DNA from: an uncultured virus (IMG/VR IMGVR_UViG_3300008262_000099)
Taxonomy: Duplodnaviria; Heunggongvirae; Uroviricota; Caudoviricetes
DNA: 64,000 nucleotides
Reading direction: 5' to 3' (one strand)
IMG/VR virus record: IMGVR_UViG_3300008262_000099
Of this stretch, positions 47,573 to 56,104 are shown piece by piece. Position 1 is the first letter of the stretch; each line of letters begins with the position of its first letter. The notes under the pieces were generated by a model. It saw only the letters and a list, made by a program, of their open reading frames with translations. It was not told where the DNA came from and searched no databases. A program made the translations under genes and the position numbers.

Positions 47573-48136
47573 CTACTTTAGAAATAGACTGAGTTGTCCA
47601 TTTTCTTTTGCTGCATTCAGCGTGTGCATTGCTACCAATTTGTTGTTTAAAACTAATTGTTGATAGATAACTCCAGGCATGCCTTTCTTTATCGCATCAA
47701 CAATAGTCCAAATGGTTGCGCCTACTTCCGCTGGTTTAGAGCGTTTGATTACTTTTACTGCAAAGTCTTTGCGTTCCAAAGCAAAAGCAATTGACGCTGC
47801 ATACTCTGTAAGAGTTTTGAGCGTGCTGCTTCCATCTGGTGTGCTTCTTAACCATGCGGCAAAAGTGTAAAACAAATCATCAATAGCGGTATCGTTGCCA
47901 TTATTTACTGACTCCAATACTTCTGTAATGATTTCTGCTGTTACTGCTTCACGAAATGACTTGCTTGCTTCAGACAATGCTACAAAACCTTTAGGCATAG
48001 TATTGCTGTAGACAATGATGTTAGTGCATTCCGTTACAAGTTCTTGAGCTGATGATGTTTCTGGATTGTTCAAAGGTAATTCATAGATTTGAACTCCAGA
48101 AGTTATCGGATCAAACTCAACTGATGTTTGGGACAT
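47573..48136 (-). CDS. Hypothetical protein
   Basis: 187 aa ORF. Confidence 0.5.
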   Translation of the reverse strand: MSQTSVEFDPITSGVQIYELPLNNPETSSAQELVTECTNIIVYSNTMPKGFVALSEASKSFREAVTAEIITEVLESVNNGNDTAIDDLFYTFAAWLRSTPDGSSTLKTLTEYAASIAFALERKDFAVKVIKRSKPAEVGATIWTIVDAIKKGMPGVIYQQLVLNNKLVAMHTLNAAKENGQLSLFLK

Positions 48137-48830
48137 ATGCTGCTATCGCTTTCTCTAGTTCGCTTGGTTTGTTATTAACAAGAGTGCCGTGTTGTAATCG
48201 CAAAGGTGTTCCGTCCCATAGCATAGTTACTAACTGACTGCCATAGTCTTTCTTACCATAACCGTTACAACCAAAGCACTTCTCTGTTTTTGTTGTGTAA
48301 TGGTTTGTACTTAAACCATGAACACACTTGTGTCTGTGCCATCCGCCATTCAGTTTTGAAATTGTAGCGGGCATGAGAGTTGTTTTATCGCACTCTTCAG
48401 AGCCCAGCGAATGACAATACGGAATAGTGCAATAGCCATCGACAAGTCCAGCGCCATGACAGCGCCTGCACTTTTGTATCTTTGGTGGTTTTCTTGTTGC
48501 ATCAGCTAACACAATGTGAAACTTATTGTTTCTTTGATACAAACTAGTAATTCCTGAATACATTCGAATTACTTCTCGAACACTCCAAGAATAGAGGGGG
48601 TTGTAATACCCACCCCACCTTGTTCGTCCAAGTCCAGCCTGTATTGTTATTGTGTCATCTGGATGGAATACGACAACTGCTTGATTAGTCCAAGGATAAA
48701 AGACTTCGATGTCTTTTGGATTTGCTTGGGTTTTGCGAAGCCGTAGTCCACGAGTGTAAAGTGGGCGTTCCCACTTTTTGCGACCGCCTGCTAACCAGTC
48801 GACCGCTTCTTGATAGGTATTGATAATCAT
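48117..48830 (-). CDS. Protein with DnaJ-type CxxCxGxG zinc motifs
   Basis: CRRCHGAG and CFGCNGYG. Confidence 0.6.
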   Translation of the reverse strand: MIINTYQEAVDWLAGGRKKWERPLYTRGLRLRKTQANPKDIEVFYPWTNQAVVVFHPDDTITIQAGLGRTRWGGYYNPLYSWSVREVIRMYSGITSLYQRNNKFHIVLADATRKPPKIQKCRRCHGAGLVDGYCTIPYCHSLGSEECDKTTLMPATISKLNGGWHRHKCVHGLSTNHYTTKTEKCFGCNGYGKKDYGSQLVTMLWDGTPLRLQHGTLVNNKPSELEKAIAAYVPNIS

Positions 48831-49123
48831 TAGATTACCTCTTTCTCACGATTGAGATACTCGAACGTGCGTTCCCTCTCTGCTTCTCGAATGCGGGCAA
48901 GTTCTTTTTTGGATACTTGCTCGTCTTCTTCGAACCAATGAATAGAAATGGGGAACCTTCTTGCTCTATTTGGTGATAGAGCATAGAGAATGTCTCCCAT
49001 TCCGTCAATGACTCCAGAGTGGTAGGCACGACTGTGCATGTCGTCTAAGTCCTGAGCATCTATCTCAGAACGAAGCATCATGTCTTCAATCAGTTTGAGA
49101 ACTTTCTTCTTTCTCAGTATCAT
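48830..49123 (-). CDS. Hypothetical protein
   Basis: SD GAAAGG. Confidence 0.55.
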   Translation of the reverse strand: MILRKKKVLKLIEDMMLRSEIDAQDLDDMHSRAYHSGVIDGMGDILYALSPNRARRFPISIHWFEEDEQVSKKELARIREAERERTFEYLNREKEVI

Positions 49124-49139
49124 GTGTGCCTTTCTGCCA

Positions 49140-49740
49140 CGTGCTACCCACTATGGATAACACGAGCGTGCCAATGTAAACTTTGACATCTACATTGGCG
49201 GACTAGATTAGACTGCTAGCCCAGTTATTGGGTATGGACAATCGTGAACACGCAGTGTTCGTGCTGCCATCCAACTTGAACTTGGAAACACATTGAATTA
49301 CTGAAGGTATTATCGTGAGACTCACAACGTGGCCTCTGTTGCGTTGTAGAATTACATACATAGTCTCGGTCGCGTCTCTTACTATGCATCTACGCTCATT
49401 ATGGGAGGACTAACGTGACCCACTGGGTGCCTCTGACCCCATAGTTCGTACCCTTATGCTTCTTCGCCCCCTTTGTATTCAGACATAGTCTCCCGAATAC
49501 ATACTCAGCTCTCGGTGATAATCAACAGCCTATTCAATGTGTCTCCAAGAATCTATAAGCAGTTTTTAGTGAGTCATGCTCAGGACTCAGGCATTCGCCC
49601 CATGCAATAACATCTATTACTGTCTGTAATAGGAATGTAACGCACTTATTGGTAGCCGGGCAATTCCCATTCCCGTTTACCCCTTATTTATAGTCGTTGG
49701 TTACGACTCCCTTCCTTTCGATGCATGCATCTACTAGGCG
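49140..49740. ncRNA. Candidate large structured non-coding RNA
   Basis: About 600 nt without a listed ORF; 18-bp long-range stem and many local hairpins. Confidence 0.55.
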
Positions 49741-49743
49741 GAA

Positions 49744-50109
49744 TTACTGTCTGTTGAAAGCAACAGAAAACTGCGTAAAGAATGCAGCGATTTTGAATCC
49801 AATTTGATGCAATGGATACAAATGGTCAGACTCTTCGTTACCTTTTGTATTCCATGAACGAGCATCAAATGGAGTTGATAAATCCAAATCTAACTTGAAT
49901 AAACTGTCTGTAAATCCAAGCATGATTTCAAAACCATAATCATATTTAGCCTTGGTTGTAAAGTGAAACGCAAAACCTCGGCCGTTGTATGGGTCATAAA
50001 GACGATAAAACTTGAACCCAGGAATAGCATTATCTTTCATGTTTTGTTCAACATCATCAAAGAAACTATCCACATCGGGATAATCCATGATTGTTCTACC
50101 TTCGTGCAT
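49744..50109 (-). CDS. Hypothetical protein
   Basis: SD GAAAGG; preceded by pseudoknot motif. Confidence 0.55.
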   Translation of the reverse strand: MHEGRTIMDYPDVDSFFDDVEQNMKDNAIPGFKFYRLYDPYNGRGFAFHFTTKAKYDYGFEIMLGFTDSLFKLDLDLSTPFDARSWNTKGNEESDHLYPLHQIGFKIAAFFTQFSVAFNRQ

Positions 50110-50254
50110 TTGTGTCCTTTCTTTTGTAGTTGATAAGCAGTTTATCCCTTCACATGCTTAGGTGACGAGTCGCGTTATTACCTCAGGTAACCGACTAAAA
50201 AGACCAACCACACATCTACCTCTCATGGATAGCCTATTCGTGTGTGCGGAAGAT

Positions 50255-51001
50255 TTACATACCTTTTACTGATTCAAGTTGCTTCTTGAGTTCGTCTTGC
50301 TGTGCCTCTAACGCAGCAATTTTCTTCTTCTTGATTTCTTCTTTGGCTGTTGCCAAGAATGAGGCTAATTCTGCTGCCTCATCAAGAGTCAATGAAATAG
50401 TGCGGAACCCGACCGTTACTTCGACTTCCATACTATGCTCATTTATTTCATATTTGAGGTTTTTATCGTCGCATTCACGTTTGCAATAGCAATACGATGG
50501 GCGACATCCTTTTGGACACATTTCTTCTGTCACCTTCCTTTCTTTTACTAGTCCATGGGCTTTCATCATGCTGTCTCTATGCCACGCAGCAAAGTGCTTG
50601 TCATACGTAGACGCTCCTTCTTCAATAAAAAAACGTGCTTCTATTCTACTTATTTCGTAGAAGCAATCGTTTTCTTCATCTCTCGCAAAACGAGAAGTCC
50701 AAGAAAAGTTGTAACTCTTTTCTCTTACGTAATCTAAAGGAACAATACGATAAAGCAACAAGGTGTCTGATCTATGACGTTTGCCGCAACCAATAGTTTT
50801 AATACACCAATTAACATCTTCATCCTTCAACGTTCCGGGATACTCTAGAAGATAGTTTCGGTATTTATACCATTCGCTTGTTGCAGAAACTTTATGGTAT
50901 TCACTAATTGATCTACGAGACCAACCATACGAACGACCATTCAAGAACTCACGTTCTACCTCTGCTAACGTAGGAAGTTTGTTTTCATTTTCAACTTCCA
51001 T
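50255..51001 (-). CDS. Hypothetical protein with C-terminal coiled coil
   Basis: ATG at 51001 after GAAAGG. Confidence 0.55.
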   Translation of the reverse strand: MEVENENKLPTLAEVEREFLNGRSYGWSRRSISEYHKVSATSEWYKYRNYLLEYPGTLKDEDVNWCIKTIGCGKRHRSDTLLLYRIVPLDYVREKSYNFSWTSRFARDEENDCFYEISRIEARFFIEEGASTYDKHFAAWHRDSMMKAHGLVKERKVTEEMCPKGCRPSYCYCKRECDDKNLKYEINEHSMEVEVTVGFRTISLTLDEAAELASFLATAKEEIKKKKIAALEAQQDELKKQLESVKGM

Positions 51002-51078
51002 GTTTGCCTTTCTTCTGCCTGTGTTATGAAACACAGACAGACAGAGCAACACAGGAAAGCCTGTGATGCCCTGTCCAA

Positions 51079-51285
51079 CTATCTTCCACTTGACCTACCC
51101 CCTGTGTAAACAAAAGGGTCTGTTTTATTTACTATTGTGTAGCCCTGTTTAGGAACTAGTATCAAACACATGCGTTCGGTTAGTTCTGATGGGCGATTAT
51201 TGAAGCATTGTTTCTTCATGCAATAGGTGTAGCCAAGGTCCCATCTTTCTGGGGCAACTGGCTCACCACATGAGTCACAGAGCAT
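51079..51285 (-). CDS. DksA/TraR-like C4 zinc-finger small protein
   Basis: CDSCGEPV..ER...G...C...C. Confidence 0.5.
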   Translation of the reverse strand: MLCDSCGEPVAPERWDLGYTYCMKKQCFNNRPSELTERMCLILVPKQGYTIVNKTDPFVYTGGRSSGR

Positions 51286-51427
51286 GGTTCTCCCTTGATT
51301 TGCTTATTTGTTATTATTGATACAAGAAAGCGGTGTATCTCCGCTTCTAACTTAGAATGTATAAAAGCCAGCTGCTGAAGGCTAATCTCACCTTCAACAG
51401 AGGCTTTTATTTCTAGTTGTGTTTTCA

Positions 51428-51694
51428 TTACCAAGTCCTCCCAGCAAATCTTTCTGCTGCTTCAACTTGGTTGTCGAAATAATCTCCTGTTGAACAAGAG
51501 CCTGTAATTTCGTTGTATGTCCATACAACATAGGGGTGATGTGTAGACATAGGTGCATAGCACAAGACGATAGTGTTCATTGGATCGTTTTGAACAGGCT
51601 TGAATAACAAGACTGTCGCTCCTTCAGATACACCTTTACCTTGTAAAATGGTTCCGCATCTAATAACAGATACGACAGGATTTGAATCCTCCAT
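51428..51694 (-). CDS. Hypothetical protein
   Basis: HPYVVW...GDYF; SD GAAAGGAG. Confidence 0.55.
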   Translation of the reverse strand: MEDSNPVVSVIRCGTILQGKGVSEGATVLLFKPVQNDPMNTIVLCYAPMSTHHPYVVWTYNEITGSCSTGDYFDNQVEAAERFAGRTW

Positions 51695-51740
51695 TGTGTT
51701 CTCCTTTCTGTTAGTTCTTCATCTTATGGGGAAAGTCGGG

Positions 51741-51803
51741 GAAAAACAAAAAAAAATAAGCCCCTTCAACTTATAGTCGAGCAACTATAAATTGAAGGGG
51801 CTC
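51741..51803 (-). terminator. Strong intrinsic terminator
   Basis: AGCCCCTTCAA.TTATAGT / ACTATAA.TTGAAGGGGCT stem followed on the minus strand by a long T-tract. Confidence 0.85.
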
Positions 51804-51852
51804 TTCCCCATTGCGCAGCAAAAACTTCGCGGGGACCTTGTTGGTCATTACA

Positions 51853-51987
51853 TTAGTCAGTTAGGTCATAAAGACCTGGTTCAACTCTCTCAATACGCTC
51901 TCGGTTATAACGACGAAGGCGAATAAGATTGAGGATTGTAAGATAGGCGATACATACAGCACCGCCAAATAAAACAAACTCAAGCAT
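51853..51987 (-). CDS. 44-aa single-TM peptide (not in ORF track)
   Basis: SD AGGAG; MLEFVLFGGAVCIAYLTILNLIRLRR... Confidence 0.55.
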   Translation of the reverse strand: MLEFVLFGGAVCIAYLTILNLIRLRRYNRERIERVEPGLYDLTD

Positions 51988-52189
51988 TGACTACTCCTGT
52001 CTTCCAATGGGGAATGTGATTACTATCTGCTCTACCGCCAATGGCTTTCCAAGCCTCACGCTTAGCATGAGCCTCAGGGCTACGCCCATTTACATGGGTG
52101 AAGTTAGTCTTTGGGGGTTGGGCTGGTCCAGGGTTCTTCTTGAACGCTTTACCATTCTTGCGTTGGCTATTAGTCGTGCCTTTTGGCAT
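51980..52189 (-). CDS. Small basic protein
   Basis: ATG 52189 after AAGGAGG; MPKGTTNSQRK... Confidence 0.6.
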   Translation of the reverse strand: MPKGTTNSQRKNGKAFKKNPGPAQPPKTNFTHVNGRSPEAHAKREAWKAIGGRADSNHIPHWKTGVVNA

Positions 52190-52692
52190 AACGACCTCCT
52201 TTCTTATAGCCAAGAGCATACACAGGAATAGGCGTTGATCCAACAAGGGTAGAAAGGTGTAAACCCAAGTGTTATAGCCGACAGGAAAGGGGGTTCTTCC
52301 TATGTATGCTCTAAGCCATAAGGTATAGAGATACACGCCCCAACCGACAAATGAAAGGGGTCGGCGGGGGCGTGTTCTCTACTTAGACAGAAGACACAAG
52401 ATAAGGTTTAGGTAGCCTACATACGAAGGGAGAAAAGCAGACCGACAAGGCTACTCTTACCAATAAAGGCAATTCGCATTGTTTAGGTCACTCCCTATCT
52501 ATACCCATAGTTATCCGCCGACTATTGGAGTAGGCGAACTATCTGCTAATAGCGAAAGCGGTAATCTCTAGACCTGCTCTTACTCTCAATGATGAGAGTT
52601 CGCTAGAAGCAGTAGCCAAATGCTAACTATGAGCATAGATAGGGGCAGGGAGAGCCTAGACTCCCCCTGCCATGTGATTTACATCACGATTA

Positions 52693-53199
52693 TTACGCTA
52701 CTGCTAACTCTTTCGCCATGAATGACTCTTGTAGTGCCGTCAATCTATCCAACGCTTCGGCATACGCTTGCTTTTGCGTGGTAGTTGGCGAAATGAGGTT
52801 TTCCTCGATTTCTTTGATTACTTCGGACAAGTTCTCCAAACGGGAGGTAAGTGCTGACCCGTCGGCTTCCTTTTGCTTCTGCTTCAATAACTTAGAAGCG
52901 AGGTCTTCCTTACGGAAAGCGTCGAGTTGAGCAAGGATAGTAGTTGGGTCACTAACATCAATGCGCTCGAAATAACGACCGATAAGCGTAATGTTGGTCT
53001 TTAGGAACTCAGCACTAACGCCTAATGAGTTGTAATAACCCGCCCACGCACGACCACGCTGGGAAGCGTTTGGCTTCTCAGGGAGAAGGTAGTTGGGGTG
53101 GGTAACGAGTTCGCTTGTAAAGGCGGAGGCTACATTCTCAATAACGAGAGTAGTAGAGCCAGCAACCATGTCACGAAGTAGTTCTATTTGAGATTTCAT
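52693..53199 (-). CDS. Hypothetical protein, first gene of the minus-strand block
   Basis: SD GAAAGGA. Confidence 0.6.
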   Translation of the reverse strand: MKSQIELLRDMVAGSTTLVIENVASAFTSELVTHPNYLLPEKPNASQRGRAWAGYYNSLGVSAEFLKTNITLIGRYFERIDVSDPTTILAQLDAFRKEDLASKLLKQKQKEADGSALTSRLENLSEVIKEIEENLISPTTTQKQAYAEALDRLTALQESFMAKELAVA

Positions 53200-53494
53200 C
53201 TCAAATCCTTTCTGTCTTCACCTATACGAGGTGTATAGGCTAGTGAGCACCCCGACCAATGCTACAAATGCTGTCGAGGTGCTCCACGCAGTAGGGCTAC
53301 CTAACCTGAACTTTTGGCGTTTGCTGAACCGACCCCCTTAGAAATCGATTTGCCACCCCCCACCCTTAGCGCCCCAACTTCCCACCTTTCGGGCAGGTAA
53401 AACAAACTGCTACGACCTAAAACACAAGGCAGTGGCCGGATAACTCCAGGGTCTTAGCATTTCAGGCAGTAGCCGGGGGAGTATCATATTTTTC

Positions 53495-53965
53495 ATGGCC
53501 AGACGTAATATGAATACAGATTCAAGCTATTTTCGTCGTAGGCAAGAGGCGGAAGAGCAACAAGGCCAGAGAACTTTTAATATACAACAAGCTATCGCGG
53601 ATCGCATGGGCGCCCCTACAAACCTGCTTGATCAGGGAAATGCAGGCTATAACCCATTTGGACCAGGGTATGAGGTAGTTGTTGCTCCTACGACTAATAT
53701 GAGCTTTCCTAGAGCCCGTGTAATGGGCTATAACAGGAGCACAGAGACCTTAGTAATCATCTTTAGGGATGGTAAGTGGATCATGTACTCAGAGCCCATC
53801 CCAGTCGATATGTGGGAAGATCTACGAGTATCTGACTCCACAGGCAAATACTTGAAGTATTCCGGCATTGATGATATCCCCTGGGAAGATGTAACTAACC
53901 AACCTGGCATGCTCCCCCGCAAGCCAGCTGAGAATATGCAGTACGGTAGCGAAGAAGGTCGCTAG
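53495..53965 (+). CDS. KTSC-domain-like protein
   Basis: GYNRSTETLVIIFRDG..Y...P...W..L..S.STGKY. Confidence 0.7.
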   Translation: MARRNMNTDSSYFRRRQEAEEQQGQRTFNIQQAIADRMGAPTNLLDQGNAGYNPFGPGYEVVVAPTTNMSFPRARVMGYNRSTETLVIIFRDGKWIMYSEPIPVDMWEDLRVSDSTGKYLKYSGIDDIPWEDVTNQPGMLPRKPAENMQYGSEEGR

Positions 53966-54039
53966 CTCTGGTAGGATTGTCGTAGCCTGTAGGGTGTATT
54001 ACACCACCCCGGGCCCCCGCGAAAGTCTGAAGGGCTTAA

Positions 54040-54606
54040 ATGACAACACTTGCTGCAATACAAGGTGACGGTTGGGCCGTAATAGGTTGCGATTCACGAG
54101 CATCTGATGAAGGTGGTCGTTATATGGAATTAGCAAACTCTAAGATCATAGAGAACAATGGAACTTTAATTGCAGTATCTGGTGCATCCCGAGGTGGCAA
54201 CATTGCACAACTTGGTTGGAAAGCTCCCAAACCCCGATCTAGTGATAATTTAGATCACTTCATCACCCGCCGTTTTATTCCTTCAATGCGTAAAGCTTTT
54301 ATTGAGGCTGGCTATGATGGTAAAGAAGATGGCGACTCTGCTTGGCAAGACTCTAACTTGCTTATTGTTGTTCGTGGAGTGATATATCCGATATTTAACG
54401 ATTACTCTTGGGATCGAGAGGCCCGCCGCGTTTACTATGCTGGCAGTGGTGGGGATGTAGCTCTTGGGGCTATGGAGGCACTAAACTACTCAACTGTGAA
54501 AACTCCTGAGGCTGCTGAGAAGATTTTAAAGAAATCTATTGAGATTGCCTGCAAACACGATATCTATTCTGGTGGAAAAATATATACATACATACAGATG
54601 GCCTGA
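54040..54606 (+). CDS. Ntn-hydrolase, HslV/proteasome beta-subunit-like protease
   Basis: N-terminal MTT, DSR, K, GSGG..ALGA, A...D..SGG. Confidence 0.85.
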   Translation: MTTLAAIQGDGWAVIGCDSRASDEGGRYMELANSKIIENNGTLIAVSGASRGGNIAQLGWKAPKPRSSDNLDHFITRRFIPSMRKAFIEAGYDGKEDGDSAWQDSNLLIVVRGVIYPIFNDYSWDREARRVYYAGSGGDVALGAMEALNYSTVKTPEAAEKILKKSIEIACKHDIYSGGKIYTYIQMA

Positions 54607-54668
54607 TATATGTCACCATATGTGGGTTCAAACCCGAACAATCACCTTGATCAAGTGAAGGAACTTTA

Positions 54669-55190
54669 ATGGCACTAGACACATCAGGCAACATCAAGGT
54701 TGACTTCGTGTGGGGTAACCTACCGATGCAACCTGATACTGAGCGTACCGGAGACGGAAACGCAACAGTAATCGTTGCAAACAATGCAACGCAGAATAAG
54801 CAATGGAGCGGCTACTCAAAGAAGGCAAGCCCTGCTCTTACAAAGACCGCTATCGATGTAACACTTAGCGGTGGATTAACATCTTCAGTTGGGAACAACC
54901 ACAGCGTTGCTCTAAACAACTGGAACGGTTATCCAGATTACACTCCAGAAGCCCCATACTTGGATACTACAGATCAGGCAGCGCTTCCAAACGTTGTTGG
55001 TCTTTCTGAATCCGCAGCTAACTCTGCACTTGTTGCAGCTGGCTTTGTTAAAGGCGCAGTTACTACAACTGCATCTGGAGCAACTGCAGAAAACGATGGA
55101 CTTGTCAAGACCCAGACACCAGCAGCTGCGACAGTTGCAAACCTTGGTGCGTCTGTTGCTCTTGTCAAATACGCTTACGTCGCACCGTAA
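54669..55190 (+). CDS. Protein with C-terminal PASTA domain
   Basis: LPNVVGLSESAA..AL.AAG...G.V.TQTP.A. Confidence 0.7.
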   Translation: MALDTSGNIKVDFVWGNLPMQPDTERTGDGNATVIVANNATQNKQWSGYSKKASPALTKTAIDVTLSGGLTSSVGNNHSVALNNWNGYPDYTPEAPYLDTTDQAALPNVVGLSESAANSALVAAGFVKGAVTTTASGATAENDGLVKTQTPAAATVANLGASVALVKYAYVAP

Positions 55191-55263
55191 GCCACAACTT
55201 AATAGCGCAGAGGCCGGCGGAGTTTATCTCCCCGGCCTTTGGCATTTGTGGGAGGATATCCCT

Positions 55264-55461
55264 ATGACAACGATTGAAGAAACTTCTGGGGTTTTGGTAG
55301 AGGTTGCTGCGGTAGAGCTTTGCGATGGATGTTCCGCTAGGGCTGGGGTTAGGGTTGATTTACCCTTTGGAACCCTATGGTTTTGCCTACACCATTACAA
55401 TAAGAACTCTAAAGCGCTTACAGATCGCGGCGGTATTGCTAAACTTCTGAGTACATTTTAA
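55264..55461 (+). CDS. Small Zn-binding protein
   Basis: CDGC...FCLHH; SD GGAGG. Confidence 0.6.
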   Translation: MTTIEETSGVLVEVAAVELCDGCSARAGVRVDLPFGTLWFCLHHYNKNSKALTDRGGIAKLLSTF

Positions 55462-55477
55462 GAGCGGAGTTTTTACT

Positions 55478-56104
55478 ATGAAGAACACGGTTAACAATAT
55501 GCCAGTAACCCCAAACTCCGGGGGTGGTGGTAGTCGAGGCGGTTGGCTTGGTAAACTATTTGGAATGGTCAACGCCCGCAGTTATGAAATGTTAGCACGA
55601 GATAGATTTGCTTGGCAGCAAGGTCTTATTACCGAAGAGATGGGTAAACGAGATACCAATAGAGCTGCAGCTCAAGCCGCAGGTAAAGTCGTTGGTGAAA
55701 AAATGTCGCTAGCAAATAAAAGAAATGCTGCGTTTGCGTTTGAAAGAAAGCGCACATCTAAAAATAAAAAAACAGGTGAGTTTAACTATCCAGATCTTGT
55801 TGATTTTGGTCCTGCTGAAGATCCATTAAACGCTCGTTGGGGATCTCGTGCAGGTGAGCGAGCTGCATTGGCCCGTGCTGCTGGTGGAGCCGGAGGTGCA
55901 GCAACAAACCCTCCAACTGGTGTTACCCCACCTACAGTTAACAATACTCCAACAACCCCACCTAATCGCAATGCAGGACTAGACCCATTTAATGATGGCC
56001 CATCTTTTAATGATCCAGCAAAAGCAGATCAACCTAATCTTCAAAACCCTGTAGCTAAAACACCAAAAGCTAAAAAACCAAAAGCACCTAAGGCGGGCGC
56101 ATAG
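55478..56104 (+). CDS. Low-complexity hypothetical protein
   Basis: Gly/Pro/Ala-rich ORF. Confidence 0.5.
   Translation: MKNTVNNMPVTPNSGGGGSRGGWLGKLFGMVNARSYEMLARDRFAWQQGLITEEMGKRDTNRAAAQAAGKVVGEKMSLANKRNAAFAFERKRTSKNKKTGEFNYPDLVDFGPAEDPLNARWGSRAGERAALARAAGGAGGAATNPPTGVTPPTVNNTPTTPPNRNAGLDPFNDGPSFNDPAKADQPNLQNPVAKTPKAKKPKAPKAGA

Noticed and set aside
49140..49740. tmRNA, RNase P RNA, group I intron or hammerhead identity
   Set aside because: Could not find tRNA-like ends, the RNase P P4 motif or a CUGAUGA/GAAA core by eye; left unassigned
54620..54640. GGGTTCAAACCC resembling a tRNA T-arm
   Set aside because: No acceptor, D or anticodon arms; the intergenic gap is too short for a tRNA
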